Source: Chrysonvirus as5
Taxonomy: Duplodnaviria > Heunggongvirae > Uroviricota > Caudoviricetes > Straboviridae
Length of the DNA stretch: 64,000 bases
Virus record (IMG/VR): IMGVR_UViG_650627007_000001
Coordinates: 107,172-171,171 of that record
Reading direction: 5' to 3' (one strand)
Below, in pieces: positions 37,248 through 46,840 of the stretch. The notes under the pieces were generated by a model that was not told the origin of the DNA, ran no database searches, and saw only the letters and a list, made by a program, of their open reading frames with translations. Position 1 is the first letter of the stretch, and each line of letters starts with the position of its first letter. The position numbers and the translations under genes are program-made.

Positions 37248-37491
37248 GCTTGCTCTCCCTCTTGATCTGAATTCGCAAAATCAAATCCGCAATTGCAATA
37301 ACAACAATCACTGCCGCGAAATACATTGCAAAGGGACCATCCGATTCAACGAACGTGTCGGTAATCCATGCATGTAATGCGCTATATGCCAGGGTACCCA
37401 ATAGCAGTTGCCATAGAATGGCTAGAAGCTTTTGAAAGAAACTTTTGTTGAATCCTTCTAATGCTTTTTTGATTTCTTCGTCTTCGCTCAT
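37231..37491 (-). CDS. membrane protein (86 aa)
   Basis: two TM segments. Confidence 0.45.
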   Translation of the reverse strand: MSEDEEIKKALEGFNKSFFQKLLAILWQLLLGTLAYSALHAWITDTFVESDGPFAMYFAAVIVVIAIADLILRIQIKRESKHENAG

Positions 37492-37644
37492 ATCAATCTC
37501 CTAAAACTATATTTAGAGATTATACGAACCAATCATGCTCAAGTCCATATACCAAGATTAGGACTATGATTGCGAATGCTCTTAGAAATGTATTACCGTA
37601 TACTAACGAAATCGCAGTTGCGAAATAATACGCGATATTCAAAA

Positions 37645-37791
37645 TCATACGAGTCGGATTATCCCATAGTTAATCAGACATCCCATAAACAGGACACCAA
37701 GACCAAATCCTCGCATGAATCCGTTACCAAATAGAATACTTGACCCGATTAAAGCACCGATTGTAAATTCCAAGATCTCTTGATGATTCAT
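37645..37791 (-). CDS. small membrane protein (48 aa)
   Basis: MNHQEILEFTIGALIGSSILFGNGF..; ATGA overlap with upstream stop; not in ORF track. Confidence 0.3.
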   Translation of the reverse strand: MNHQEILEFTIGALIGSSILFGNGFMRGFGLGVLFMGCLINYGIIRLV

Positions 37792-38069
37792 ACTTTCAAC
37801 TCCACAATTTCGTAATCATTGGCGTGACGATTACGAATTGCGTAATCCGTCAGTTCTGGGTTTCGTTCGCTTGAGTTATACCATTCAACCACTTTGATAT
37901 GATTGATCACGTTCCACAGCAGTTCGACGCTAGTCGTTATGAACGGAATATCTTCGTTGAACTCAAACTCGGCAGTTACGGAGTTACAAAACTCTTCACC
38001 ATCGTGCGCTTGAGTAGAGATACCAACCCACTTGCTATGATCTGTCTTGTGACGCAATGCATAAAACAT
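37788..38069 (-). CDS. hypothetical protein (93 aa)
   Basis: trimmed to MFYALRHK after GAGGAGAATATC. Confidence 0.5.
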   Translation of the reverse strand: MFYALRHKTDHSKWVGISTQAHDGEEFCNSVTAEFEFNEDIPFITTSVELLWNVINHIKVVEWYNSSERNPELTDYAIRNRHANDYEIVELKV

Positions 38070-38088
38070 GATATTCTCCTCAGTTGAT

Positions 38089-38123
38089 AATGCCCATTCT
38101 ACATGAACGGGCATTAATGTCAA
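38089..38123 (-). promoter_or_regulatory. PeSL-like early promoter cassette (hairpin doubles as terminator of upstream gene)
   Basis: TTGACA-16nt-TAGAAT with -10 in loop of aatgccc/gggcatt hairpin. Confidence 0.5.
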
Positions 38124-38458
38124 GCTAAACCCAACGCTTTTCTTTCTGCGGTAGACAGTTTTGCCAACGCTTGCTTTTTGAGCTTTTCTTGCTCGATGCT
38201 TTGGAACTGGTCTTTGCTGGTGATCACGTTGATTCTATCTTTCAGGAGAAAACTGATTTTCTCGCCGTCAACGTCGAAAGTCAGAACATCAACTGGTTGA
38301 CTGTTAACGTGACCGTTACCGCCCCACCATCCTTTACCCTTAGAGATCTCTGTGCCTACAGACGGGATTGTTACATAAGCAAAGACTTTAGATTCGCGCT
38401 CGCTGATGTCCACGTGTACGGGATACACTTGTTCTCGTTTCATAGTAACCATTACCAA
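38120..38458 (-). CDS. hypothetical protein
   Basis: ORF; listed start is TTG, likely ATG 2-5 codons in. Confidence 0.45.
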   Translation of the reverse strand: MVMVTMKREQVYPVHVDISERESKVFAYVTIPSVGTEISKGKGWWGGNGHVNSQPVDVLTFDVDGEKISFLLKDRINVITSKDQFQSIEQEKLKKQALAKLSTAERKALGLA

Positions 38459-38625
38459 TTATCCTTCTCGTTAAGAATATCGCAAATGTATTCGCTACTG
38501 CTTGCGATAATTTCGTCTTCGATTGTGATTTCAACAACAATCTGACCTTTATTGGTAGAGACGCTGATATCCAGATTTTCTTTCAGATAAGATTTCAACG
38601 CCGCTTTGAGTTCTCCTGATGTCAT
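38452..38625 (-). CDS. small acidic protein (57 aa), paralog of next gene
   Basis: MTSGELKAALKSYLKENLDISV..; similar to upstream 63-aa ORF (LAENLSINL..). Confidence 0.35.
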   Translation of the reverse strand: MTSGELKAALKSYLKENLDISVSTNKGQIVVEITIEDEIIASSSEYICDILNEKDNW

Positions 38626-38816
38626 CACAGATACTCGGTAGCATTTGCGATAACTTTGTCGCCGAGTTTAATCTCGATCTCAAGCGTCACATCGTTGTAA
38701 TAACCATGACGGCGATTCAGATTGATACTCAGATTTTCGGCCAGATAGTTTTCGATTTGTTCTTCCAACCAGTTACCTTCGCAGCGACATTTCCGCTCTT
38801 TCTTTTCATCACACAT
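38625..38816 (-). CDS. small protein (63 aa), tandem paralog
   Basis: ORF. Confidence 0.4.
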   Translation of the reverse strand: MCDEKKERKCRCEGNWLEEQIENYLAENLSINLNRRHGYYNDVTLEIEIKLGDKVIANATEYL

Positions 38817-38837
38817 TACATGACCTCACAGCAGTTG

Positions 38838-39323
38838 TCAACAGATTTTTCCACGATTTTCGTGCTCTTTGCATTGATTGGTAGAATACCCATCGAATAC
38901 AGATTTTGCACGATAGTAATCCCTAACGCTAAATCCGTTCATACTATCAACGTGGATAAAGTTTTGTTTTTGCGATTCCAACATGTCGTCGTCATCGTCG
39001 ATAATCACATATTGCTTGGTCTCGGGATGTTTGTCAAGCCATTCCTGAATTAATTCACCACGGTTTTCACCAACAAGATCTCTTGTCTTGAAATCCTCAT
39101 GAACACAATCAGGAGGAAAGCCAGCCATAGCAAGATGATCCTTAACCATCTGCATGTCGCATCCCAATCTCCAAGTGCTACTGTAAACCACTTTCAAACC
39201 ATAGTCAACGATTAGTTTTGATAGGAGCTTAACAGCCCCTATATCTACCATCTGACCATATTTCAGATAACTACTGTCACAGTGGAATACGCCGTCAACA
39301 TCAAGGAACATCACACGCTTCAT
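38838..39323 (-). CDS. HAD-superfamily phosphatase-like protein
   Basis: N-terminal FLDVDGV (DxDG[VT]) motif I, later IIDDDDD. Confidence 0.55.
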   Translation of the reverse strand: MKRVMFLDVDGVFHCDSSYLKYGQMVDIGAVKLLSKLIVDYGLKVVYSSTWRLGCDMQMVKDHLAMAGFPPDCVHEDFKTRDLVGENRGELIQEWLDKHPETKQYVIIDDDDDMLESQKQNFIHVDSMNGFSVRDYYRAKSVFDGYSTNQCKEHENRGKIC

Positions 39324-40669
39324 TAGAAAAACGCCTCTAGTGTGTTAGTTTTAAGCCAGTACGGATAAAATCTGCCGTCGCTAGTATCATCTGGATCTAG
39401 TGTGTTGCAATAAGCAATTCTCTCGTTTAGCTTATCTCGTTGTTTCTCTCCCAGAAGACGCACCAAACGCTCTATGGCAGCTTCCCTATTGTCCCGCATA
39501 TACTCGCAAGCATAGATTCTGGAAACGATGGTATCGCTATCCAGCCGCGTGGCCTGCATACGTTTAACGATGCCTTCTAGTATGTTACCGTCGCCACATG
39601 ATGGCTCAAAGAAAGTCGATGTCTTAGACGTATCGATATCAGTATGATCCAACATCTTGTTTACTACCTCAATCGGCGTGAAAAACTCGGCAGTTTGCTT
39701 TTGTCTGTCTCGCTCAATCTTATCAGTAAACTCTCTGGTCTCTTTTGTCGTTACCGTCTTATGACGAACACCGCCATAATAATCTTCGATCACAGTTGGA
39801 ACTAGGTGTCTGATGTCGTTCATGTCGAACATATCAAACAGTTCATCATCGTTCCATGTGCGCGTGAAGTCAAGCCACGGGATAGCTGCCAACTCGCCGC
39901 TATCAAGATGAACGTTCATCTTATACAGCGCAAGCCGCAGGCGAGCGAAGTCCGTTTTCAAGTAGCTAACAAAATTATCAGCTTCCTCTTTCGTCTTGAA
40001 TGCGAAATTCTGTCCTCTGTCTGGCATCGTCTCGGTTGGCTCATAAGAATCAGGCAGCATAGTAAAGAAATCACTATTAAAACGTTTACCTGGCTCGGGT
40101 GGGTGTCCGCGTACTGACGCAATAGTCACGTAGTATTTGGCTTCCGCAACCGGGAGTTTGAAAATATGATGCGTCAAATTATCGATTGACATTTTGTTGT
40201 AAAGCGGGATAATCCAGTCTCCAATCATGTTGAGTTCGTTTATGTGAACTCGCTTGTTATAGAATCCAGATACATCAATTTTACCGTCGTTTTGTTCTTT
40301 CGTGTCGATTGTGGTAATACTTAACGGGGTAAGAAACCCAGCACGAAATAAAGCGTTGCCGTCAATCAACTCTACCGACGTCTTGAATTGCTTCATGCTG
40401 TCCAGAAACTTTTGAACACGCTTTGTTTGTCTAGTTGGTTTTCTGTTTACAAACGGACCACTTGGATGAATTGCCACAACTTTTTTACACTTATCAACTC
40501 CCAAATTTAGAAAGTCAATGTGTAAACCCGCACTATATGGCGGGTTTGCGATCATGTAATCAAACAGAATGGACATTGAACTGTCCCGCGTACTTCTCAG
40601 ACATACCGAACTGTTCGATAGCCGTGCGGAGTACGTTCCGCTGTTCCAGCAGCCTTGCGCGATCTGCAA
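39323..40669 (-). CDS. NPPY-motif methyltransferase-like protein (beta-class order: motif IV then motif I)
   Basis: MIANPPYSAG near N-terminus and FFEPSCGDGNIL SAM-binding-like motif ~300 aa later. True start is probably internal (MSILFDYM). Confidence 0.45.
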   Translation of the reverse strand: MQIAQGCWNSGTYSARLSNSSVCLRSTRDSSMSILFDYMIANPPYSAGLHIDFLNLGVDKCKKVVAIHPSGPFVNRKPTRQTKRVQKFLDSMKQFKTSVELIDGNALFRAGFLTPLSITTIDTKEQNDGKIDVSGFYNKRVHINELNMIGDWIIPLYNKMSIDNLTHHIFKLPVAEAKYYVTIASVRGHPPEPGKRFNSDFFTMLPDSYEPTETMPDRGQNFAFKTKEEADNFVSYLKTDFARLRLALYKMNVHLDSGELAAIPWLDFTRTWNDDELFDMFDMNDIRHLVPTVIEDYYGGVRHKTVTTKETREFTDKIERDRQKQTAEFFTPIEVVNKMLDHTDIDTSKTSTFFEPSCGDGNILEGIVKRMQATRLDSDTIVSRIYACEYMRDNREAAIERLVRLLGEKQRDKLNERIAYCNTLDPDDTSDGRFYPYWLKTNTLEAFF

Positions 40670-41264
40670 TATATGCCCTTACCATAGCTTCGGCAGTCTC
40701 TGTATTGCGTCGATTGATCTCGGCTTGAATGCCCTGAACATGCAAACGAAGCTCTTCCGTGGTCATATTACCGACATCAATTTGTAACACGCGACGATCC
40801 GGTTCTACTTTCACCGGAGCTTGAGGCTTCGCTGGTTTCGGCCACATGGGGATATACCGTTCAGGCAATTTCATGTTGATATGAATCTCGGTATCGGTAT
40901 GCGAAATTGCCATACCAGAATAGAGAATCATATTCTTAGCGAACTCCTCAACCAGTCTAAGTTGACCAAGTTTCGCGAACTGCAAAACAACGGTAGTTGA
41001 ATCGCTATGAATTGAATAATTCACCTCATATCCAACGAGGCGAGGCCATTTATCATCGAACACATAAGCGCCGAATACTTGACCCATAAGGTAAACCTGT
41101 TTTCTACCGCGAGCTTCTACCATTGCTTTCAGTTCGCGACGCATTGCATTGCGAATATTAGATGGCATGATAGTAGTTTTCGGTTTATCGATATAGGTGG
41201 CCGTGCAGCGATTCAGGAACTTAGCCCATTGATTATGCGCTACACGTTTTCTTTTTTCACTCAC
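40560..41264 (-). CDS. hypothetical protein (234 aa)
   Basis: ORF; apparent GTG start with TTTGGAGATAAT RBS. Confidence 0.5.
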   Translation of the reverse strand: MSEKRKRVAHNQWAKFLNRCTATYIDKPKTTIMPSNIRNAMRRELKAMVEARGRKQVYLMGQVFGAYVFDDKWPRLVGYEVNYSIHSDSTTVVLQFAKLGQLRLVEEFAKNMILYSGMAISHTDTEIHINMKLPERYIPMWPKPAKPQAPVKVEPDRRVLQIDVGNMTTEELRLHVQGIQAEINRRNTETAEAMVRAYIADRARLLEQRNVLRTAIEQFGMSEKYAGQFNVHSV

Positions 41265-41276
41265 ATTATCTCCAAA

Positions 41277-41292
41277 GAGGGCCGAAGCCCTC
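41277..41292 (-). terminator. hairpin/terminator
   Basis: gagggc-cgaa-gccctc. Confidence 0.5.
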
Positions 41293-41491
41293 AGATTTCG
41301 AATATAGACGCAAGTCCGGGATGTTGTGGGAATTTAACATGCTTCGTATTCTTGTCGATAGCAAGGCCGGTTTGTGCCACAAAAGCGTCGAACTTTTCTT
41401 TTGTTGCAAAGCGGACTTTGATCGTCCGCTTGCTAGATTTCATTTTCTCGATTACATGCTCTGGAGCTGCATCTGGATTTACATACGCCAT
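41291..41491 (-). CDS. hypothetical protein (66 aa)
   Basis: ORF. Confidence 0.45.
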   Translation of the reverse strand: MAYVNPDAAPEHVIEKMKSSKRTIKVRFATKEKFDAFVAQTGLAIDKNTKHVKFPQHPGLASIFEI

Positions 41492-42690
41492 TATTGATCC
41501 TCGTCTTCCGCATCTTGTTCGGATGCTTTCATAGATGTTAGCACCATCCCGTATTCATTGCAACCATCAGGAATAGGCTTAATCAGTTTTAGACGATTTC
41601 CGCGATACGGAGAGTAGTCTACCCAGTGATGCCATCTGCCGTTCATCCACTGCAATCTGGCAACGTCTGGATGCATGTCCACGATCATCTGTGACTTCGG
41701 CAAAGTGCCTTCATGACCATAGAAAGCTTCTGTGTTACCACCTGCCATTGCTTGAGTCACAAGCTTACCGGTTAGATATGCGTTGAACTGAATGGTGCAA
41801 TGACCATCTTTCAGAACTCGCAAGCTCAAATCGGTATCTTCGTTGTAACGACCTCTCCAACGATATGGGATGTCGTTTAGAATAAGCAGCGTACTATAAA
41901 TCCGGGTGTTCTGTACGAACGGTGGCAGACTCTCTTTCGGCACAGCGAAGAAACGATAATGCGGACCAGCGATATACACGTTTTCATAACGGTCAACGTG
42001 ATCTTCCATCGCACGGAAAATTGCACCGCTGTTCACGATAACCCGCTTATTACCGTCAAGACGGAAAAAGTGCTGTTGATTATCATCCATAACCCAGTGA
42101 CGCTTGAACCCATTTTTCATCGAGTGTTCCCACGCGAAGTTACGAGCCGCGCCTGGACCTTTGCTTCGAGTTGCACCGAGATCGTCGAATGTATCGTATT
42201 CGTCCAGATATTTTTGATCCAGAATTAGAACGGTTACATATTCGTGATCAACTCGGCTGTTATAGTCTTCAAACTGCGAAGCTTCTACCACAATGTAATG
42301 TTTGACTTTCATCCGAACAAGACTATCGGAAGTCAAACGTTTTTCGAATCGAGACTTGGAAACGATATAGATCGGATACTTCGGTTGATTCGAATCTGTA
42401 TAATCCGAAACATAACGAATCACAGAGTAATCGTCTGGTCCCTTCTTAGGCCACCAGATACTCTTTGTCTTGTCGCTCAACGGCAAGTCGGCAAGCTTTG
42501 AAAAAGCTTCCACATCTTCGTTGCTATCGAATTCGAATTCGATTTCGGCATAAGCGTCGATGATATCTTTCGGGACGTAATGAGGCATTTGTTGCCAGTG
42601 ATCCCATGGGTTATCTTCGTTCGCGTATCTCTCATTACGATAAATGAGATTGCCGTCTAAGTCAATTGTTTTTTCTGCGTTCTTGTGCAT
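41491..42690 (-). CDS. hypothetical protein (~399 aa)
   Basis: ORF trimmed to MHKNAEKT, since an upstream ATG lies inside a terminator hairpin. Confidence 0.5.
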   Translation of the reverse strand: MHKNAEKTIDLDGNLIYRNERYANEDNPWDHWQQMPHYVPKDIIDAYAEIEFEFDSNEDVEAFSKLADLPLSDKTKSIWWPKKGPDDYSVIRYVSDYTDSNQPKYPIYIVSKSRFEKRLTSDSLVRMKVKHYIVVEASQFEDYNSRVDHEYVTVLILDQKYLDEYDTFDDLGATRSKGPGAARNFAWEHSMKNGFKRHWVMDDNQQHFFRLDGNKRVIVNSGAIFRAMEDHVDRYENVYIAGPHYRFFAVPKESLPPFVQNTRIYSTLLILNDIPYRWRGRYNEDTDLSLRVLKDGHCTIQFNAYLTGKLVTQAMAGGNTEAFYGHEGTLPKSQMIVDMHPDVARLQWMNGRWHHWVDYSPYRGNRLKLIKPIPDGCNEYGMVLTSMKASEQDAEDEDQ

Positions 42691-42707
42691 ATTTGTCCCA
42701 AATAGAA

Positions 42708-42735
42708 ACGGTGATGTCACATAGGATATCACCGT
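42708..42735 (-). terminator. rho-independent terminator
   Basis: acggtgat-12nt-atcaccgt then TTTCTATTTGGG on the minus strand. Confidence 0.5.
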
Positions 42736-42753
42736 TTTGACTTGTTGTAAACT

Positions 42754-43530
42754 TTAGATCTGACGAATCACCACATCGCGGAGACTAGCCTTCTTTTCCT
42801 GTAGCTCTTTGGCTTCTGCCGTCAGTTCGCGATAATGGTCTTTCAGCGGCTTCATTTGTTGTTCGATCTCTTCGATCTGTCGTTCGATTTCTCGCCGAGA
42901 TTTCATTACTTCGCGAATCTTTTCTTGATACGGAACACCAAGACGAACTACTTCCTGTTCGATTAACTCGCGAACTCTATCCAGGACAGGCACAACCGGA
43001 GTAGCAATTACTTTAGGTTTACCTGTATTGTCTTTGTTGAAATTCTCTTGCAAAATAACTTTACATTCGGCAGGCCAGCCCTTCACACCGCGCATTGGAC
43101 GCTTGGCATAATGTGGCATAGCGGGACTCCGTAACTCGATAATCCGCTGGTCTACATGAAGTTCAACGAACCCCAGCTTAACAATCGGAGCATCTTTCAG
43201 CCGATTGAACAACTCCGGGACATAGTTATCGTTTGATTTGAACGTGATGCCAAATTTACCGGAAGCGAACATAACACTGGCAGTCTTGAAACTCGGAAGA
43301 AAGTCCATAACGGTGCCAAACAACGCTGTTTTCAGATGTCGTTCAAAACTGGCTTGGCGGAACATCCGTTTCAGGTTTTGTTCAACGATATACCACTCTT
43401 GACATTTAACCCGAGCGGTACCGGATTCGGTTTGACAGTTAACAAAGCACAACTGATTGATCACCGTGTTACACGCCGCTAGTGTGCGGTAATAGTGCTT
43501 GATGATCGTCTTCTCTGCACGTACACCCAT
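42754..43530 (-). CDS. hypothetical protein with C-terminal coiled coil
   Basis: 258 aa; EIERQIEEIEQQMKPLKDHYRELTAEAKELQEKK. Confidence 0.5.
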   Translation of the reverse strand: MGVRAEKTIIKHYYRTLAACNTVINQLCFVNCQTESGTARVKCQEWYIVEQNLKRMFRQASFERHLKTALFGTVMDFLPSFKTASVMFASGKFGITFKSNDNYVPELFNRLKDAPIVKLGFVELHVDQRIIELRSPAMPHYAKRPMRGVKGWPAECKVILQENFNKDNTGKPKVIATPVVPVLDRVRELIEQEVVRLGVPYQEKIREVMKSRREIERQIEEIEQQMKPLKDHYRELTAEAKELQEKKASLRDVVIRQI

Positions 43531-43531
43531 T

Positions 43532-44347
43532 TTATACCTCAGTCAGCTTGAGCAATGCTTTCAAGCTATTGATTTGTTCAGTTACACCACCGCATTCTTG
43601 TTCGATGGAAGCCCAGTAATTATCGCATTCCCGACTGGCATCCGCAAGTTGTTTTCGATAATATTCAACAGTTCTTTGCAGTTCCCGGAACTTTGTCATC
43701 TTCGCGTTATAATCAATGAAGCCAGGGATCAGATTGTCCATGTCTTCCATAACAATAAGACGACGCGCTTGTTTCGGCTCCGGTTTACTGAGATCGTCGA
43801 TTGCCTTCATGTCCAGATCACGTTTGGACATCAGCAAATGATTAGGATTGAAACTAACGCTTTTCTGGGTAGTCTCGTCATACGGAGAATTCGGTACCAG
43901 ATTACCAGGCAACTCAACAATAGCACGACTATTGTATTCCGACATACGATTCGGCCAGCTACCGATATTCGAGTTCCGGTTTTCGATGTGGAAATGACGT
44001 CCCAGACGACTACAAACTATGTGTGCCGGGCAAGTATCTTTGAAATAAATGCTCACGCAGGTAGCGTCAATATTGACAACCGAATAATCCAGGCCTCGAC
44101 GATTTGAAATTTTCGGCCATGACGGCAGTTTGTCGGTACATTGATATCCGATATTGGTAATGCCTTTGAAAACGCCAAGTGCATAATCAAACATCGAGGT
44201 GAACTTGTAACCGATGTTATGGAACGGATCTTGGAGAACCATATAGCGACTCGCGCCGACTTCATGACAGAACAGATGGCGATTCATACGAATTACCAGA
44301 TTGTCAAACTTTACCTTTTTTACTTGTTCGCGTTTTGCACTTTTCAT
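43532..44347 (-). CDS. hypothetical protein (271 aa)
   Basis: ORF. Confidence 0.5.
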   Translation of the reverse strand: MKSAKREQVKKVKFDNLVIRMNRHLFCHEVGASRYMVLQDPFHNIGYKFTSMFDYALGVFKGITNIGYQCTDKLPSWPKISNRRGLDYSVVNIDATCVSIYFKDTCPAHIVCSRLGRHFHIENRNSNIGSWPNRMSEYNSRAIVELPGNLVPNSPYDETTQKSVSFNPNHLLMSKRDLDMKAIDDLSKPEPKQARRLIVMEDMDNLIPGFIDYNAKMTKFRELQRTVEYYRKQLADASRECDNYWASIEQECGGVTEQINSLKALLKLTEV

Positions 44348-44349
44348 GA

Positions 44350-44571
44350 TTATTCCATCCCTTTGATGTATTTCACGATATCAGATTTGTCGAAACTTTC
44401 GATGCCGACGCCGATTTCATCAAAAACAGTCCAGCAAGTTGCATCGAACTCTTGATTATGATAGTGAGAGATTTCATGGTAGTTATTGCTTTTTGTCACA
44501 ACTACCATGTGATCCTCATTACCGTTTTTGAACGAAATAATGTGTTCGATTTGTTCGATGATTGTCAGCAT
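44350..44571 (-). CDS. hypothetical protein (73 aa)
   Basis: ORF. Confidence 0.45.
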   Translation of the reverse strand: MLTIIEQIEHIISFKNGNEDHMVVVTKSNNYHEISHYHNQEFDATCWTVFDEIGVGIESFDKSDIVKYIKGME

Positions 44572-44596
44572 GATTTGTTCCTCATTAGAAAGTGAA

Positions 44597-44615
44597 GCCA
44601 GTATAGCAAACTGGC
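44597..44615 (-). terminator. hairpin/terminator
   Basis: gccag-tatagcaaa-ctggc. Confidence 0.4.
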
Positions 44616-44623
44616 TCCTAGTG

Positions 44624-45163
44624 TCAATAGTCTATCCAAACTTTTTTCATCGCACCGTCAATTTGTTTTAGACAGTAAGTGATATCATTCATTTGGCTAT
44701 GTGGTACAACAAACGTGGCGAATGCACCATCGCTGTTCATGTCAAAGACAACGTTACCATCAAACGTTCTTATGCCGATGTTATACGTTATCCTGTTGAG
44801 TCTACCGACGTATATCTGTTTAGAACGAAAAACGCTATGATCAATTATAGATGTAGAACGATTCATGAAATTAATGAATCTTTCGTGTTCGTCTCGTCCG
44901 TGAATCTGAAACAAAACTTTCTCATATCCATCCAACACTTCAATGACGGTAGAGTATTCAGTTCCTCGACGATATATGCCGATGTTGTAAAATTTATCAA
45001 CACCAACCCCACCACAAGCGATAACTTCCTTGTCACCGCTTTGTTCTAATTGATTATAGATTTGACTTGCATCTATTACTTCCGCGTTAACGGAAAACGA
45101 TAGAAGACTAGCGATTATCCACGTTTTCGGCTTCTTCGCACTCTTCTGGAGTAACGGATTCAT
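44624..45163 (-). CDS. secreted protein (signal peptide)
   Basis: MNPLLQKSAKKPKTWIIASLLSFSVNA signal-like N-terminus. Confidence 0.5.
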   Translation of the reverse strand: MNPLLQKSAKKPKTWIIASLLSFSVNAEVIDASQIYNQLEQSGDKEVIACGGVGVDKFYNIGIYRRGTEYSTVIEVLDGYEKVLFQIHGRDEHERFINFMNRSTSIIDHSVFRSKQIYVGRLNRITYNIGIRTFDGNVVFDMNSDGAFATFVVPHSQMNDITYCLKQIDGAMKKVWIDY

Positions 45164-45431
45164 CGCACAATACCTCATCCTCATAGGTACCTTCTTCGTG
45201 ATTGCTGTCGTTAGAACCAGCGTTGCTACTGTTCATCATGCTATTCATGATGATCATGGTAGTTGCTGCATTCATCGCGTGATTCGGAGTGACGCTCGGA
45301 TGTGAGACAGTCACTGGACGCGATACGGTGATAGGCCGAGAAATTGTGACAGGACGAGCCATTACTACCGCAGCTTGTGCAGCACTCATACCAGCGATCA
45401 GAATCAGACCAGCAAAAGCAAACTTTTTCAT
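45108..45431 (-). CDS. small secreted protein with RPVTxS repeats
   Basis: MKKFAFAGLILIAGMSAAQA signal; RPVTISRPITVSRPVTVSHP. Confidence 0.5.
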   Translation of the reverse strand: MKKFAFAGLILIAGMSAAQAAVVMARPVTISRPITVSRPVTVSHPSVTPNHAMNAATTMIIMNSMMNSSNAGSNDSNHEEGTYEDEVLCDESVTPEECEEAENVDNR

Positions 45432-45526
45432 TTGAACCCCATTGATAATAGGCACAATGCCATAATTATGATGTCAACCATTGACTCCACTTTCTTAATC
45501 CTCTTTTGTTAGAAGTCTAAGAAAGT

Positions 45527-45540
45527 GGGGCCGAAGCCCC
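45527..45540 (-). terminator. hairpin/terminator
   Basis: ggggc-cgaa-gcccc. Confidence 0.5.
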
Positions 45541-45546
45541 AGCTTG

Positions 45547-45780
45547 TTATACTTTCCGAATTGCGTATTGATAACCCATCAATCTGATTTTATCCTCAAC
45601 ACGACAAGCTTTCTTGAAATCACCATCGATTGTCAATGTAGCATTGTAACCGATAACATGTCCAACTGGAGAGCGAATCGCTACAACATCCATGATTTCG
45701 TTGCCAATCTTGATTTTGAAATCGGCAGTAATTTCGATGAAACGCTTAGACGGTACGCTTACAGTGAAAACATATTTCAT
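45547..45780 (-). CDS. hypothetical protein
   Basis: trimmed to MKYVFTVS with GGAG RBS. Confidence 0.45.
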   Translation of the reverse strand: MKYVFTVSVPSKRFIEITADFKIKIGNEIMDVVAIRSPVGHVIGYNATLTIDGDFKKACRVEDKIRLMGYQYAIRKV

Positions 45781-45844
45781 GACTCGCTCCTTCTGTGAAA
45801 GTGGAGTCATTATGTCATGGTCAGTGATCAACGTCAATCACTTT

Positions 45845-46393
45845 TTATTGAAAATCTGAAACTTTTGAATGTCCAGCACTATGAGCCATGTTATAAGCAG
45901 CATTCATTTGATTACAACGCTGAATGAATGCGAATGGCTGACTATGCATCATGATTACACCGAGTTGGACACCGGATTCGAATCCAGCTTGAACTTTAGC
46001 CGCGTTATAGTTAGGATTTTCTTTGCCACCAGCGATTGCTTGTGCTTTGAACCAGTTGTAAACAACGTGATTGCTATACCGGGTATCGGCACACTTGCTC
46101 AGAAGACCGAGACCATTTCCGAGGTCATGGGAGAAACTAGCGGCTTCTTGTTTCGCGATTTTCTCTTGCAGTTCTCGATCTCGCTGTTCCATTTCAGCGT
46201 TGATCTTTGATTCGTAGGCTTCTCGAACTTCGCGTTCCGCATCGTTTGCCGCGAGTTGTCGATCCGCCTCTTCCATCTTCTGGACTTCGTAATACTGAGT
46301 TTGCATCGCTTGCTTGTCATATCCATCAAACAATGCAGTGGATGTGCAGCCAGAGAGCTGGAGAGCGATTGCACACATAATCAAACGTTTCAT
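45845..46393 (-). CDS. lipoprotein
   Basis: MKRLIMCAIALQLSGC lipobox; Glu/Arg-rich helical middle. Confidence 0.55.
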   Translation of the reverse strand: MKRLIMCAIALQLSGCTSTALFDGYDKQAMQTQYYEVQKMEEADRQLAANDAEREVREAYESKINAEMEQRDRELQEKIAKQEAASFSHDLGNGLGLLSKCADTRYSNHVVYNWFKAQAIAGGKENPNYNAAKVQAGFESGVQLGVIMMHSQPFAFIQRCNQMNAAYNMAHSAGHSKVSDFQ

Positions 46394-46722
46394 TTCAGTT
46401 CCTTAACACAGCCAACGAAGCGGATATAATCCAGAGAATCAATTTCAACGCGCATGAATTTGTTTTCGATCTGAACATCACCAGTTTTACTCTCGATCTC
46501 CTGCTTGCTCATTTTGAAGAAGCTAGTCGGTTGAGAATGATCACCAAAAGGCGATACGCTGTAAGATGTTACCATGATTCCCTCATCATTGCTAGTCTTG
46601 GCATAAGAAATCATCATTCGATTTTCTTTGTCGATTTTGCTAACAACGTGACAGGTATTTACAAATGCATTAGCTTGGGAAGACAACGCAAGCAGAACAA
46701 CAGGAATAAATTTCAGTTTCAT
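46390..46722 (-). CDS. secreted protein
   Basis: MKLKFIPVVLLALSSQANA signal peptide. Confidence 0.5.
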   Translation of the reverse strand: MKLKFIPVVLLALSSQANAFVNTCHVVSKIDKENRMMISYAKTSNDEGIMVTSYSVSPFGDHSQPTSFFKMSKQEIESKTGDVQIENKFMRVEIDSLDYIRFVGCVKELK

Positions 46723-46840
46723 TTTAATTCGCGGCCCACTAAGGATAGCTCTAAGAATGCCCCCATTCACCTAGCACAAACGTTTAATAAGTTAAAAGTT
46801 AGTGTAAGAAAAGAGCTATCGTTGGTGGGCCTCGCCTCAA

